Positions 44,534-53,574 of a stretch of 64,000 nucleotides of DNA are shown one piece after another (position 1 is the stretch's first letter; each line of letters begins with the position of its first letter). The notes under the pieces were generated by a model. The model did no database searches and had not been told where the DNA came from. It was given only the letters and a program-made list of their open reading frames with translations. Origin of the DNA: a virus. Where the stretch lies: IMG/VR virus record IMGVR_UViG_3300045988_161245, positions 32,001 to 96,000 of that record. One strand, 5' to 3'. The position numbers were made by a program, and so were the translations under genes.

Positions 44534-47317
44534 GTGGTGATTATCATTAGTGAATTTGGAATTAAAATTAAAAATATCAGTGCTGGTACATTATATGATG
44601 TTAATTTAGGCACAAGAGATTATTTCTCATACACTGAAGCAATGCTTAATAATAGTTTATTTTCTGCTTTTCTTATAAAGAATGGTCTTAATGTATATAA
44701 AGGTGAATCTACTAGAGATATTATTTGCTTAGACTTTGACTTTGGTACAAGATCTTATGAGGATGAGCATAAACGAATTGAGCAGTTGTATAAAAATTCT
44801 GATGGCGAATTAAAGGAACGTCTTAAATACACTTTGGAGAAAGTTGAGAATAACAAGGATCTCTATGATGAGAAAAAGCGTGAGCAGATCAGAGATAAAT
44901 TCTACAACGAAGGTGTAGATGTTACTTATAAAACTAAGAATAAAGATGGCACTATTAAAAGTGAAGAAACAATTCACTATGAGATGTTGTTTCGAACCAG
45001 TGCTAAAGCAAAGCTTGGACAGGTTATCTTTATAAACTCTGAACTTTATGAAGTGGCTTACGAATGGTTAACTATCGGACTTGGAAAACTAATGACAGAT
45101 GACAATGCAAAAATTGTTGAGATGTCTGCCTATGCTCCACTTACTACATCTACCATCGTTGGAACTAAGTATATTCCTGTAGAGGATATTCTCATTCTTA
45201 GGGACCAAGATTCATTTTTTAAGACAATGGCTAACATTGTTCGTGCAGAAGATTACGTGGACTCTAAGGGTCGAATTTGTAAGAAATGTGTCGTAGACAA
45301 GAAGGTTACCGAAGTCAAGAATACACTTTGGGATGGCATGGGACTGATTGAAGCTGATTATTTTAAAGACTGCAGAAATGCTTATAATCCGGATTGGACT
45401 GTTAAGATTAATGGCATGGCTTTAATGAGACATCATTTATTTAAGATGTGTGGTTTTAAATCTCATATACAGTTATTTTTTAAGGATTGGTGTGAGAAAA
45501 CCGGTAATGATTATGAAACTTACCAGGTCCAAGACATGTTTGGTCATTGGCATTATTTGAAAGACATTAAGATTATCACTACTGACAACGCCATCAAATG
45601 GAAAAAATTTAAGGATTTAATGGGCGGCTCATTAGAATCTGCATATGAGTATTGGTGCAATAAGGTAAATGAAGATGGCAGCGTGTTCGGTATTGTAAAA
45701 ACCGATCATCCTAGTAAACTTGGTGAATATCAACAGCTCAGTTATCAGATGGTTAATACTCTCCCATGTACCAAAGATGATGTAAGGGATATTGCAAGCA
45801 CCAGTATTGAATATGTGGAGTTACTGAAGCAGGATAATAATGAGTTTGAGAAATTCTTAAGAAAAAATGCTAATGAGGTAAACCACTATGAGATGATGGC
45901 TGATTTATATGATCACAACCATGAATTTGGCAATAGTACATTTTTCAGACATGAGAAGTCAAAAATTATTTCCGCATATGTACATAAGCTTAGAAAAGGC
46001 AAGATTGTTGTGAACGGAGATAATTTAACTGTTTGTGGTAATCCATACGCTCTTCTACTCTATTCTGTTGGTGAGGATTTTACAAAAGATCCTACCCTTC
46101 AACCAGAATCTGGAACTATTCAATGTTATACAACAAGATTTAAACATGATGAATTTCTATGTGCATTTCGCAATCCGCATAATTCCCCAAATAATATTTG
46201 TTATTTTCACAATGTTTACAGTGATGAAATGGAAAAATACTTTGAATTTTCTTCAAATATTGCTGCAGTGAACTGTATTTGTACTGATGTACAACCACGT
46301 TTAAATGGTTGCGATTTTGACAGTGACTTCGTTTTAGCCACAAATCAGCCTACTATGGTAAGATGTGCAGCTTATTGCTATAAACACTACCCTACTATTG
46401 TTAATGATTTAAAAGAAAGTGGCGTGGTTTATAAAAGTAACAAATCAGAATATGCACGTATGGATAATACATTTTCTAAATCAAGAATCGGAATTGGATA
46501 TTCTAGTAATTTGGCACAGCTTGCCATGACTTATTACTGGAGTGAATTACAGGGTGATAGTCCAGATCCAAAAAGACTTGATGAGCTATCAGATAATTTC
46601 GTAATTCTAAGCGTTCTTGCTCAAGTAATAATCGATAGCTGTAAAAGACTCTATGAAATTGATGGAATTAAAGAGATTGATCGTATTAGCAAACTTCCAT
46701 GTATGACAATGAAAAAAGAAGTAATTGACAAAAATGGAAATAAAAGAATGAAAAAGTGTGACTTCCCTGAATTTATGAAATACACAAGAGAAATTGCTGT
46801 TACTAAGGATGGTAAAGAGCTTCCACAAGAAGATATTGAGGAATCCAAGAACAAATTAAAAGGACGAATCAATAAAGATCTTATATGCCCAATGAACTGG
46901 TTGCAGGAATGGTTGGATAAAATCCAGGGAGCAAGCACTAAGGTTACTACTCCTACTGAGAATTTCTTTATTAAGATGACAGGTGAAGGAAATTATAATC
47001 AAATGACCAAAATTATGACTACCATAGAAGAATATGATTCATATATAAAAAATATGCAATTATTATGTAGTGATAACGAAACATACTATGATTTAATTGC
47101 ACAAAAAGCGGCAGACATGGTGAAGGAAATTTCAAAAATGAAAATTAGAAATGTTGTCACTATTAATCGTCTTATTGAAATCAGTTTAGGAATAAGTACA
47201 GAAAAAGGTAGATCGAGTTATAGAAAAAGTAATCCACAAAAATATGCTAGAAAAACACTTAATCTTTTGTATAAATATAGCAAAGAAAAATTTTTAAATA
47301 ACTTTGTTTGCGAATAA
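44534..47317 (+). CDS. single-subunit two-barrel RNA polymerase, YonO / RdRP-like
   Basis: 927 aa. LNGCDFDSDFVLATNQ (DNA 46313-46327) matches the DxDxD metal site, cf. NADFDGD of beta-prime and DbDGD of cellular RdRPs. AFRNPHNSPNN upstream matches the R-x-P-x-x-H element. The start is probably downstream of the track GTG (see findings). Confidence 0.6.
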   Translation: MVIIISEFGIKIKNISAGTLYDVNLGTRDYFSYTEAMLNNSLFSAFLIKNGLNVYKGESTRDIICLDFDFGTRSYEDEHKRIEQLYKNSDGELKERLKYTLEKVENNKDLYDEKKREQIRDKFYNEGVDVTYKTKNKDGTIKSEETIHYEMLFRTSAKAKLGQVIFINSELYEVAYEWLTIGLGKLMTDDNAKIVEMSAYAPLTTSTIVGTKYIPVEDILILRDQDSFFKTMANIVRAEDYVDSKGRICKKCVVDKKVTEVKNTLWDGMGLIEADYFKDCRNAYNPDWTVKINGMALMRHHLFKMCGFKSHIQLFFKDWCEKTGNDYETYQVQDMFGHWHYLKDIKIITTDNAIKWKKFKDLMGGSLESAYEYWCNKVNEDGSVFGIVKTDHPSKLGEYQQLSYQMVNTLPCTKDDVRDIASTSIEYVELLKQDNNEFEKFLRKNANEVNHYEMMADLYDHNHEFGNSTFFRHEKSKIISAYVHKLRKGKIVVNGDNLTVCGNPYALLLYSVGEDFTKDPTLQPESGTIQCYTTRFKHDEFLCAFRNPHNSPNNICYFHNVYSDEMEKYFEFSSNIAAVNCICTDVQPRLNGCDFDSDFVLATNQPTMVRCAAYCYKHYPTIVNDLKESGVVYKSNKSEYARMDNTFSKSRIGIGYSSNLAQLAMTYYWSELQGDSPDPKRLDELSDNFVILSVLAQVIIDSCKRLYEIDGIKEIDRISKLPCMTMKKEVIDKNGNKRMKKCDFPEFMKYTREIAVTKDGKELPQEDIEESKNKLKGRINKDLICPMNWLQEWLDKIQGASTKVTTPTENFFIKMTGEGNYNQMTKIMTTIEEYDSYIKNMQLLCSDNETYYDLIAQKAADMVKEISKMKIRNVVTINRLIEISLGISTEKGRSSYRKSNPQKYARKTLNLLYKYSKEKFLNNFVCE

Positions 47318-47339
47318 AATTACGGTTAAACAAAAATTG

Positions 47340-47373
47340 ACCCTTAATAAAGTCAATAAAAATAAGGGTTTTA
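47340..47373 (+). terminator. intrinsic terminator
   Basis: Stem ACCCTTA / TAAGGGT followed by TTTT. The loop is large. Confidence 0.5.
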
Positions 47374-47596
47374 CAAGGATGCAACAATTACCACGTATAG
47401 GGAGAATAACGTGAAAGCACAGAGTTGTGTTAGTAGGCCCTCGCGCTATTGCCGAGTGCGCGTTATAAATATGGGTTCGCGAATTAAAATGTACAAACAG
47501 CTCACAGGGGTGAGGTGAGTGTATGGGTGACCATTCACAAATTGTGACTGCAGCTGGGCTAGGTTACGTAACTGGTCCAGTTGTGGTTTAAATTGA

Positions 47597-47670
47597 CGCA
47601 GGATAGAGAAGTTTGGTATCTCGTCAGATTCATGCTCTGAAGATCGACAGTTCAAATCTGTCTCCTGCAA
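47597..47670 (+). tRNA. tRNA with anticodon CAT (Met / initiator-like / possible Ile2)
   Basis: Hand-folded 74-nt cloverleaf: acceptor CGCAGGA/TCCTGCA (C1-A72 mismatch), D stem GAGA/TCTC, anticodon arm TCAGA-TTCATGC-TCTGA, T arm GACAG-TTCAAAT-CTGTC. Confidence 0.8.
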
Positions 47671-47707
47671 TTATTATCCTCTATTACGAGGAAATTTAGA
47701 ACGAAAG

Positions 47708-47893
47708 GTGTGTATTGTTATTAAAACAATTACAAAAGAGGGTATTCAGTCCCTTATTGATAAGAAAATCTTAAAGCCATACTCAGGTGGGTACATGAAT
47801 TCCAGAGGGTACCATGTGGGGTATTATAAAACCTGTGGAAACAAGAGGTATATTGAGGATTACTATGCAGATAGAGTGGAGAAATTAAAATAA
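47708..47893 (+). CDS. hypothetical small protein
   Basis: 61-aa track ORF. Its GTG lies within the AAAGGTG SD, and an in-frame ATT at 47720 sits at canonical spacing. Confidence 0.45.
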   Translation: MCIVIKTITKEGIQSLIDKKILKPYSGGYMNSRGYHVGYYKTCGNKRYIEDYYADRVEKLK

Positions 47894-47954
47894 GAAAAAT
47901 ACAACTGAATATATCGCATAAGGCGAAATACTTAAAGAAAGGTGGTTATTTACC

Positions 47955-49172
47955 ATCGAAACAAAAGTAAAATTTTATGATACAAATGCTGTTTTAGCAT
48001 TACAAAAAAATGTATTAGACAGTTATTTTTACATTAGCTCTACTACCCTTCAAGAATTAGAGCATATTAAAGTATCAAGAAATAAAGACGAAGAAACAAA
48101 ATATAAATCACGTAAAATATTACATATTTTGGATGAAAATACTGACAAGTATAAAGTTGTTATAACAGACAATTCTATCCTATCTATTATTGAATCAAAA
48201 GGTCTTGAAAATTCCCCAGATAATCAGATTTGTGCATGTGCTTCTACAATTGAAAATGTTATTTTTGTTACAAACGATCTTGCATGTAAAACAATTGCTA
48301 AATGGATTTTTGGTTTAGATGTTGAAAGTGCGATTGAAAATAATTTTGATTATTATAAAGGATACCAGGAAATAAGTCTGTCAGAAGAAAAGATGGCTTA
48401 TTTTTATGAACATCTTAATGAAAATACATTAAATCTTTTGATAAATGAATATGTACTGCTTAAGGATGAGAACGGAAATGAAGTAGATACATTAAAATGG
48501 GATGGTGAAGCTTACCAGTCAATTAGATGTAAACCATTTAAATCTAATATGTTTGGGACATTAAAACCATTAGATAATATTCAGGCATTTGCAATGGATT
48601 CAATTAACACTAATGATATTACAGTATTATACGGTAAGGCTGGTTCAGGTAAAACTACTCTTCCGCTTAATTATATTATGCAAGAAATTGAAAAGGGTAG
48701 ATTTAAAAAATGTTACATTATCTATTCTTATGAGCCATTAAAAAATGCAAAGACGCTTGGATTTGAAAAAGGTGATCATCTTACAAAACTTCTTTATTAT
48801 GGTTCTATTGGAAATATTCTTGCATCAAAATTTGGTGATATGCAGCAAGTAGAATATATGGTTGAACGTGGAATGTTAGATATTATTCCAACTGCAAATA
48901 TACGAGGTATAGAGCTTGAGTCGGATAGTATTTGCCTCGTAACAGAATCTCAGAACTTGGATGTTTATACTTTAAAAACAATAATTCAACGTTGTAAATC
49001 TGGATGTAAACAGATTTATGAGGGAGATATTATTGAACAGAAAGATACTAATATTCAAAATATCGGAATGAATAGACTTATTGACGTGTTTAAAGGTAAC
49101 GAAAGTTTTGGATGTGTCAAATTGAAAAATAACTATAGATCAAAGCTTAGTGAGCTTGCGGATCTTATGTGA
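47955..49172 (+). CDS. phoH: PIN-domain PhoH-like ATPase (PhoH2/YlaK type)
   Basis: Walker A VLYGKAGSGKTTL. The frame is open upstream of the track start (TTG 48129) and there encodes a PIN N-terminus ETKVKFYDTNAVLAL. AAAGGTGG plus 9 nt precedes ATC 47955, and no ATG, GTG or TTG is available. Confidence 0.75.
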   Translation: METKVKFYDTNAVLALQKNVLDSYFYISSTTLQELEHIKVSRNKDEETKYKSRKILHILDENTDKYKVVITDNSILSIIESKGLENSPDNQICACASTIENVIFVTNDLACKTIAKWIFGLDVESAIENNFDYYKGYQEISLSEEKMAYFYEHLNENTLNLLINEYVLLKDENGNEVDTLKWDGEAYQSIRCKPFKSNMFGTLKPLDNIQAFAMDSINTNDITVLYGKAGSGKTTLPLNYIMQEIEKGRFKKCYIIYSYEPLKNAKTLGFEKGDHLTKLLYYGSIGNILASKFGDMQQVEYMVERGMLDIIPTANIRGIELESDSICLVTESQNLDVYTLKTIIQRCKSGCKQIYEGDIIEQKDTNIQNIGMNRLIDVFKGNESFGCVKLKNNYRSKLSELADLM

Positions 49173-49212
49173 CTATAAAAATAAAAGATTAAAAGGAAAG
49201 CAGGTAAAACGT

Positions 49213-49833
49213 ATGGATATTTTACCATTATCCCTTGTTGGGACAACAAAAGAAAGTGACGTTCCTACTCCAGAAGAATATACCTACTGGGAGGATCGAA
49301 AAAATAGAACATTCTATATTGATTTTGAAATTGAAGAAGATTATGCATTAATTGAACTTGCAAAAATCATTATTCAGTTAAATATTGCCGAAAAAGATAT
49401 ACCAACTTCCGAACTGCAGCCGATCCGCTTATTAATACACTCTTTCGGTGGAGATCTTGAACAGGCAAACTTCTTTGCAGATTTATGTATTGCTTCGCGC
49501 ATTCCAATTATTACAGTTGCTATGGGAGTAGCTATGTCAGCAGGATTTATTATTTTCCTATCCGGACATAAGAGATATGCATTTAAACATACTCAAATGA
49601 TGGTTCATTCTGGAAATGCATCATTTTCCGGTACTGCGGAACAAATTGATTCTGCACAGAAAAATTATAAGAAACAGATTGAGGATATGAAGTCTTATGT
49701 TCTTGAGCGTACATCTATTGATGAGAAAACTTTCAATAAAAATAGATCTAAAGACTGGTATCTCACTGAGGAAGAGTTAAAAAAATATAATGTTGTTGAT
49801 GAGATTATTTCTGATATTTCAGTTATATTTTAA
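49213..49833 (+). CDS. clpP: ClpP-family serine protease
   Basis: LLIHSFGGDL, GVAMSAGFIIFLSG and MMVHSG match the ClpP Ser/His regions. ATG 49213 follows an AAAGGAAAG SD. Confidence 0.75.
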   Translation: MDILPLSLVGTTKESDVPTPEEYTYWEDRKNRTFYIDFEIEEDYALIELAKIIIQLNIAEKDIPTSELQPIRLLIHSFGGDLEQANFFADLCIASRIPIITVAMGVAMSAGFIIFLSGHKRYAFKHTQMMVHSGNASFSGTAEQIDSAQKNYKKQIEDMKSYVLERTSIDEKTFNKNRSKDWYLTEEELKKYNVVDEIISDISVIF

Positions 49834-49864
49834 AAAAATTTTATGATTAAAAGGAGAAAATAAA

Positions 49865-50101
49865 ATGAGGTCTTGTTTAAGCTTCAAACGTAATACAACT
49901 GATAAATTATCTATTAAAGGAACACTTTCTGATGATTGTTCCACAATTACATATGCAGATGAAAATGGTGATGAAAAAGAAATATTTGTTGTAGATCTTC
50001 TTAATGCAATGAAAAATCAGCATATTGAGATGACTGCTCAGATTAAAACTGAGGAAGAGTTAGATGTAATTCCTGCAGAGGATGCAGATAACGCAGAGTA
50101 G
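49865..50101 (+). CDS. hypothetical acidic protein
   Basis: AAAGGAGAA SD precedes the start. Confidence 0.6.
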   Translation: MRSCLSFKRNTTDKLSIKGTLSDDCSTITYADENGDEKEIFVVDLLNAMKNQHIEMTAQIKTEEELDVIPAEDADNAE

Positions 50102-50111
50102 GTGATCGCAT

Positions 50112-51485
50112 ATGGATTTTGAAAAAAGAATAAGTGATTATGGAATGACACCTGAACAGTATGAGGCTTCGTTTGCCGAAATAACTGCAAAAGTACAGGG
50201 AAACTCAGATAAAGATTGGACTGAAATTATTGATCAATATTCTATTCCACTATCTCGCAATACTCTTCGGAATGCTTGTAGCAATGTATATGGCAGCGTA
50301 TTCGTAAAAGAATATTTTGATGAAAAAAGAAGAAAAGAAATGGAAGTAAATAGTGAACCAACTACAGACGAACCGGCTCCTCTCTCGCTTCCAAGATATA
50401 AAGAACAGACAGATGTAAATAAGGATGGCTCTTTTACAAGTGATCGACTTATTGAGATTAATGAGGAAAACTTGAAAAATCCTGAATTTTTACTTAACGC
50501 GCATGGTTATGATCCACTCGAATGGGAACTTGTCTCTGCAAGAAACTCTATTTGGAATCAGGGTGGAAAATCTGGTGTTAAAAATCTGTATGCAAGCAAA
50601 ATCAATGTAAAACCTAGAACTGAAATTTCTCAGATTGAAATTGAAAAGTTTTACGAAGACTTAGTTAGAAACTATAAACCGACAAATAGAGATTATTTTA
50701 CAAAGCCAAAAGTTGATGATGGAGTTTTATATGAGATTCCAATCATGGATTTACATTATGGTAAGTTCGCATCAGGAAATCTTACAAACGGAGCATATGA
50801 TTATATTATAGCTGAAAAATGCTTTAATACGATTATAACCGAGGCTATTGAGGATATTAAATCAAGAAAAGTCGCAAAAATTCTTATGCCAATCGGCAAC
50901 GACCTTCTCCATTTTGATAATGTACAAGGAACAACAACTCGTGGTACAGCACAGGACACAAATATGAGACATCAGGAGATGTTTAAAGGATGCGTTGAAA
51001 TGCTTATTGATGGCATTACTGCATTATCTAAATTTGCTCCTGTTGAACTTATGTATGTCCCAGGAAACCATGATTTTTTAAGCTCTTGGCACGTAGTTAT
51101 GACATTATGGGCTTATTTTCATGAAGATCCAAATGTACTTGTTGATGTAGACATGCATCCAAGAAAATATTTTGAATGGGGCAATTCTCTTATTATGTAT
51201 GCTCATGGAGATAAAGAAGGTAAACGTGTAGACAAAGTAATGCAGGTTGAAGCCAGAGAAGCATTTGGAAGAACAAAATACCATGAAGCACATCTCGCAC
51301 ACCTTCATTCGGAACAGGCAATTAAAGAACTTGGTGGTTTAATCATTCGTAATCTCCCATCTGTTACAGGCGAGGATAACTGGAGTCACGAATCCGGATT
51401 TGTTGGTGCTGTAAGAAAATGCATTTGTTTCATTTGGGACAAAGAAAAAGGTCTTAAAGGAACTAATAACATTGTTATTGACTGA
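50112..51485 (+). CDS. calcineurin-like metallophosphoesterase (Mre11/SbcD-type nuclease-like)
   Basis: Motifs appear in order: IMDLHYG (DxH), PIGNDLLHFDN (GD), VPGNHDF (GNHD), YAHGD, LAHLHSE (GHxH-like). Confidence 0.7.
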   Translation: MDFEKRISDYGMTPEQYEASFAEITAKVQGNSDKDWTEIIDQYSIPLSRNTLRNACSNVYGSVFVKEYFDEKRRKEMEVNSEPTTDEPAPLSLPRYKEQTDVNKDGSFTSDRLIEINEENLKNPEFLLNAHGYDPLEWELVSARNSIWNQGGKSGVKNLYASKINVKPRTEISQIEIEKFYEDLVRNYKPTNRDYFTKPKVDDGVLYEIPIMDLHYGKFASGNLTNGAYDYIIAEKCFNTIITEAIEDIKSRKVAKILMPIGNDLLHFDNVQGTTTRGTAQDTNMRHQEMFKGCVEMLIDGITALSKFAPVELMYVPGNHDFLSSWHVVMTLWAYFHEDPNVLVDVDMHPRKYFEWGNSLIMYAHGDKEGKRVDKVMQVEAREAFGRTKYHEAHLAHLHSEQAIKELGGLIIRNLPSVTGEDNWSHESGFVGAVRKCICFIWDKEKGLKGTNNIVID

Positions 51486-51600
51486 TGAAAATCAGTTTGA
51501 GTATAGACAATTAAATAATATGCCGAGCGTGGCGGACCCACGTATAAACAAAAAATAAAATTATAAAAATTTTTAGAAGAAAAAAAGGAGTAACAAAATT

Positions 51601-51873
51601 ATGACAAAGACTGAACTCATTAAAGCAACAGCAACTAAAGCAGAGAAGACAATTAAGGAGACTGGTGATATCGTAGCAGCTCTTCAGGAAGTTATCATGG
51701 AGACACTGAAAGCTGGCGAGGATGTTAGAGTACCAGGATTCGGAAGCCTTGAGGTAAAGGATGTAGCTGGAAGAAAAGGCCGCAATCCGCTCACTGGGGA
51801 AGACCTGATGATTAAACCTCATAAAACTGTTAGGGCAAAACTGGCAAAAGCTGTAAAGGATGCTGCTAGATAA
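51601..51873 (+). CDS. hup: HU/IHF-family histone-like DNA-binding protein
   Basis: MTKTELIKA...VRVPGFGSLEVKDVAGRKGRNPLTGEDLMIKPHKTVRAKLAKAVKDA is a canonical HU sequence. Confidence 0.95.
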   Translation: MTKTELIKATATKAEKTIKETGDIVAALQEVIMETLKAGEDVRVPGFGSLEVKDVAGRKGRNPLTGEDLMIKPHKTVRAKLAKAVKDAAR

Positions 51874-51898
51874 ATAGAATTTTTCATTTTTTGATAAA

Positions 51899-51923
51899 CC
51901 ACAGGGCTGTAATAGTCCTGTGG
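51899..51923 (+). terminator. hairpin after hup (weak terminator)
   Basis: Stem CCACAGG / CCTGTGG, with no immediate T-run. Confidence 0.35.
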
Positions 51924-52076
51924 TAAATATAAAATCGTTATTTTATGTGATGTGATTTGCCGTGAGGCAATTACTTTTTTCGCTCATTATTATAAAATTT
52001 TCTGAAGAGGTGATGGTTAGTGCTGTCATCTCACATAAGATAACGAAATATTTTGATAAAAGGAAGTGATGAAGAA

Positions 52077-53033
52077 ATGGCAGTTGAACGAAGTAAACCT
52101 ATATTATTATATGACGCAGAAAAAGCTAAACAGGTTAATCCGGAAACATTAAGATTGTTTCAAAAATATCAAATTGATATGTCAATTAGAGACCTATCAG
52201 AAAAGACAATTAGGGGTTATAATTCTGATTTAATGCAGTGGTTCATTTATATGTATAATAACCAATTTAATCTATCTGTTCTTGAAGCAAAAGAAGAAGA
52301 TCTTGAAGAATATTATTTCTGGAGAAAACAGCAAGGTAATAATGTTAATCGTCAGAAACGTGTCATGTCTTCTATTTCCGCTTTCTATAAATTTCTTCGT
52401 AAGAAAAAACTCATTACAGAATCCCCAATGGAATTTATTGATAGACCAAAACAAGGACAACCTGTTGTTGTACAAACTTATTTAAAAAAGGAAGAAGTGC
52501 AATTTATGAGAGAAAAACTTTCTGAATATGGTGATGTTCAGTTACAGGTTTATGCTTTTTTATCTCTCACTACAATGGCCAGAGTTAATGCAATTGCTCA
52601 TTTGAAATGGGATCAAATCAATATGGAAGAACGTATTTGCTCTGATGTGCTTGAAAAAGAAGGTAAAATTGTAGAGCTTTCATTTAGTGAAGAAACTCGC
52701 GATTATATGAATGAATTACGTAAATATAGAGAAGACAATAATATAGATGATTATGGTTGGGTGTTCAAAACGGCTTATACAAATGAGAAACAATGTGTAA
52801 GTAATGATACTCTAAATGAATGGTGTAAAAAAATTGGTAATATGATTGGGCATCCTACATTACATTGTCATGATTGGAGACATAGCTATGCTAGTCTGCT
52901 TAAGGAAAATGGGGCAAGTTTAGAAGATGTTTCAGAAATGCTTAATCATGCAGGAACTGATGTTACTAAGAAATATTACATAAAGGTAGATCATTCTAAG
53001 GTTAGAAAAATTAAGGATTCAATCAAAATTTAA
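52077..53033 (+). CDS. tyrosine recombinase (XerC/D-phage integrase family)
   Basis: N-terminal SAM-like core-binding region, ARVNAIAHLKWDQI (Arg box), HCHDWRHSYASLL...LNHAGTDVTKKYY (HxxR...Y). ATG 52077 follows AAGGAAGTGA. Confidence 0.85.
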   Translation: MAVERSKPILLYDAEKAKQVNPETLRLFQKYQIDMSIRDLSEKTIRGYNSDLMQWFIYMYNNQFNLSVLEAKEEDLEEYYFWRKQQGNNVNRQKRVMSSISAFYKFLRKKKLITESPMEFIDRPKQGQPVVVQTYLKKEEVQFMREKLSEYGDVQLQVYAFLSLTTMARVNAIAHLKWDQINMEERICSDVLEKEGKIVELSFSEETRDYMNELRKYREDNNIDDYGWVFKTAYTNEKQCVSNDTLNEWCKKIGNMIGHPTLHCHDWRHSYASLLKENGASLEDVSEMLNHAGTDVTKKYYIKVDHSKVRKIKDSIKI

Positions 53034-53342
53034 TTTAGAAGTACATAATAGAGAAGGTAACACTTTTGATATTGACCATCTTAGTTTATGGTCCAACATA
53101 ACATTTTTGAATTTCTGTGGAATAACAGAGTATTACGACTGTTATCTTCTCTTCTATTATATTTGTTCTGTGGTGGAACATTTTATTCCCAAGACGCTTG
53201 CGACATCAGGTAGGTAAGAAGAGGCTGAAAAGCGGGGATTTGTTCTGGAAGTCTGCACCAGTACCTGATAAACAATAAATGTAGTCTAAAAAACAAAGAG
53301 GCAGCTACAAAAGTAACTGCCCATTGCCGATGAGATAGTCTT

Positions 53343-53540
53343 TTATTGACAATCATCATCTAATACGCTTGCAAAGTTCACAGCAAATTCTGCGTTAACC
53401 TTATCGGCATTAACAGAGATTGTGAGGCTTTGCGGATTATTATTAAAAATCATCCACAGTGCAGCGATTATAATTATAGTAAAACAAAGAAGTCGGATCG
53501 CTAACTTTGCAAGCTTAAGCTTGTTGTGTTCCCTTCTCAT
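53343..53540 (-). CDS. small membrane protein on the opposite strand
   Basis: Strong AGGAAGGAGGTGAAAT SD. The TM segment is IRLLCFTIIIIAALWMIF. It has its own terminator hairpin, GGCAG...CTGCC plus T-run, near 53290-53325. Confidence 0.6.
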   Translation of the reverse strand: MRREHNKLKLAKLAIRLLCFTIIIIAALWMIFNNNPQSLTISVNADKVNAEFAVNFASVLDDDCQ

Positions 53541-53574
53541 ATTTCACCTCCTTCCTAGCTATAAAGTAGCTAAC

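Noticed and set aside
47446-47670. 74-aa minus-strand ORF
   Set aside because: It is antisense to tRNA(CAU) and its structured leader, with no SD.
47395-47670. tmRNA
   Set aside because: The 3' element is a complete cloverleaf with an anticodon arm rather than a split tRNA-like domain. No tag-peptide reading frame is evident.
51511-51822. 103-aa minus-strand ORF
   Set aside because: It is antisense to the unambiguous HU gene.
53034-53340. attP core or prophage boundary next to the recombinase
   Set aside because: Phage genes continue on both sides (terminase and portal downstream). No repeat matching a tRNA 3' end, and no second copy of a core sequence, was found within the window.
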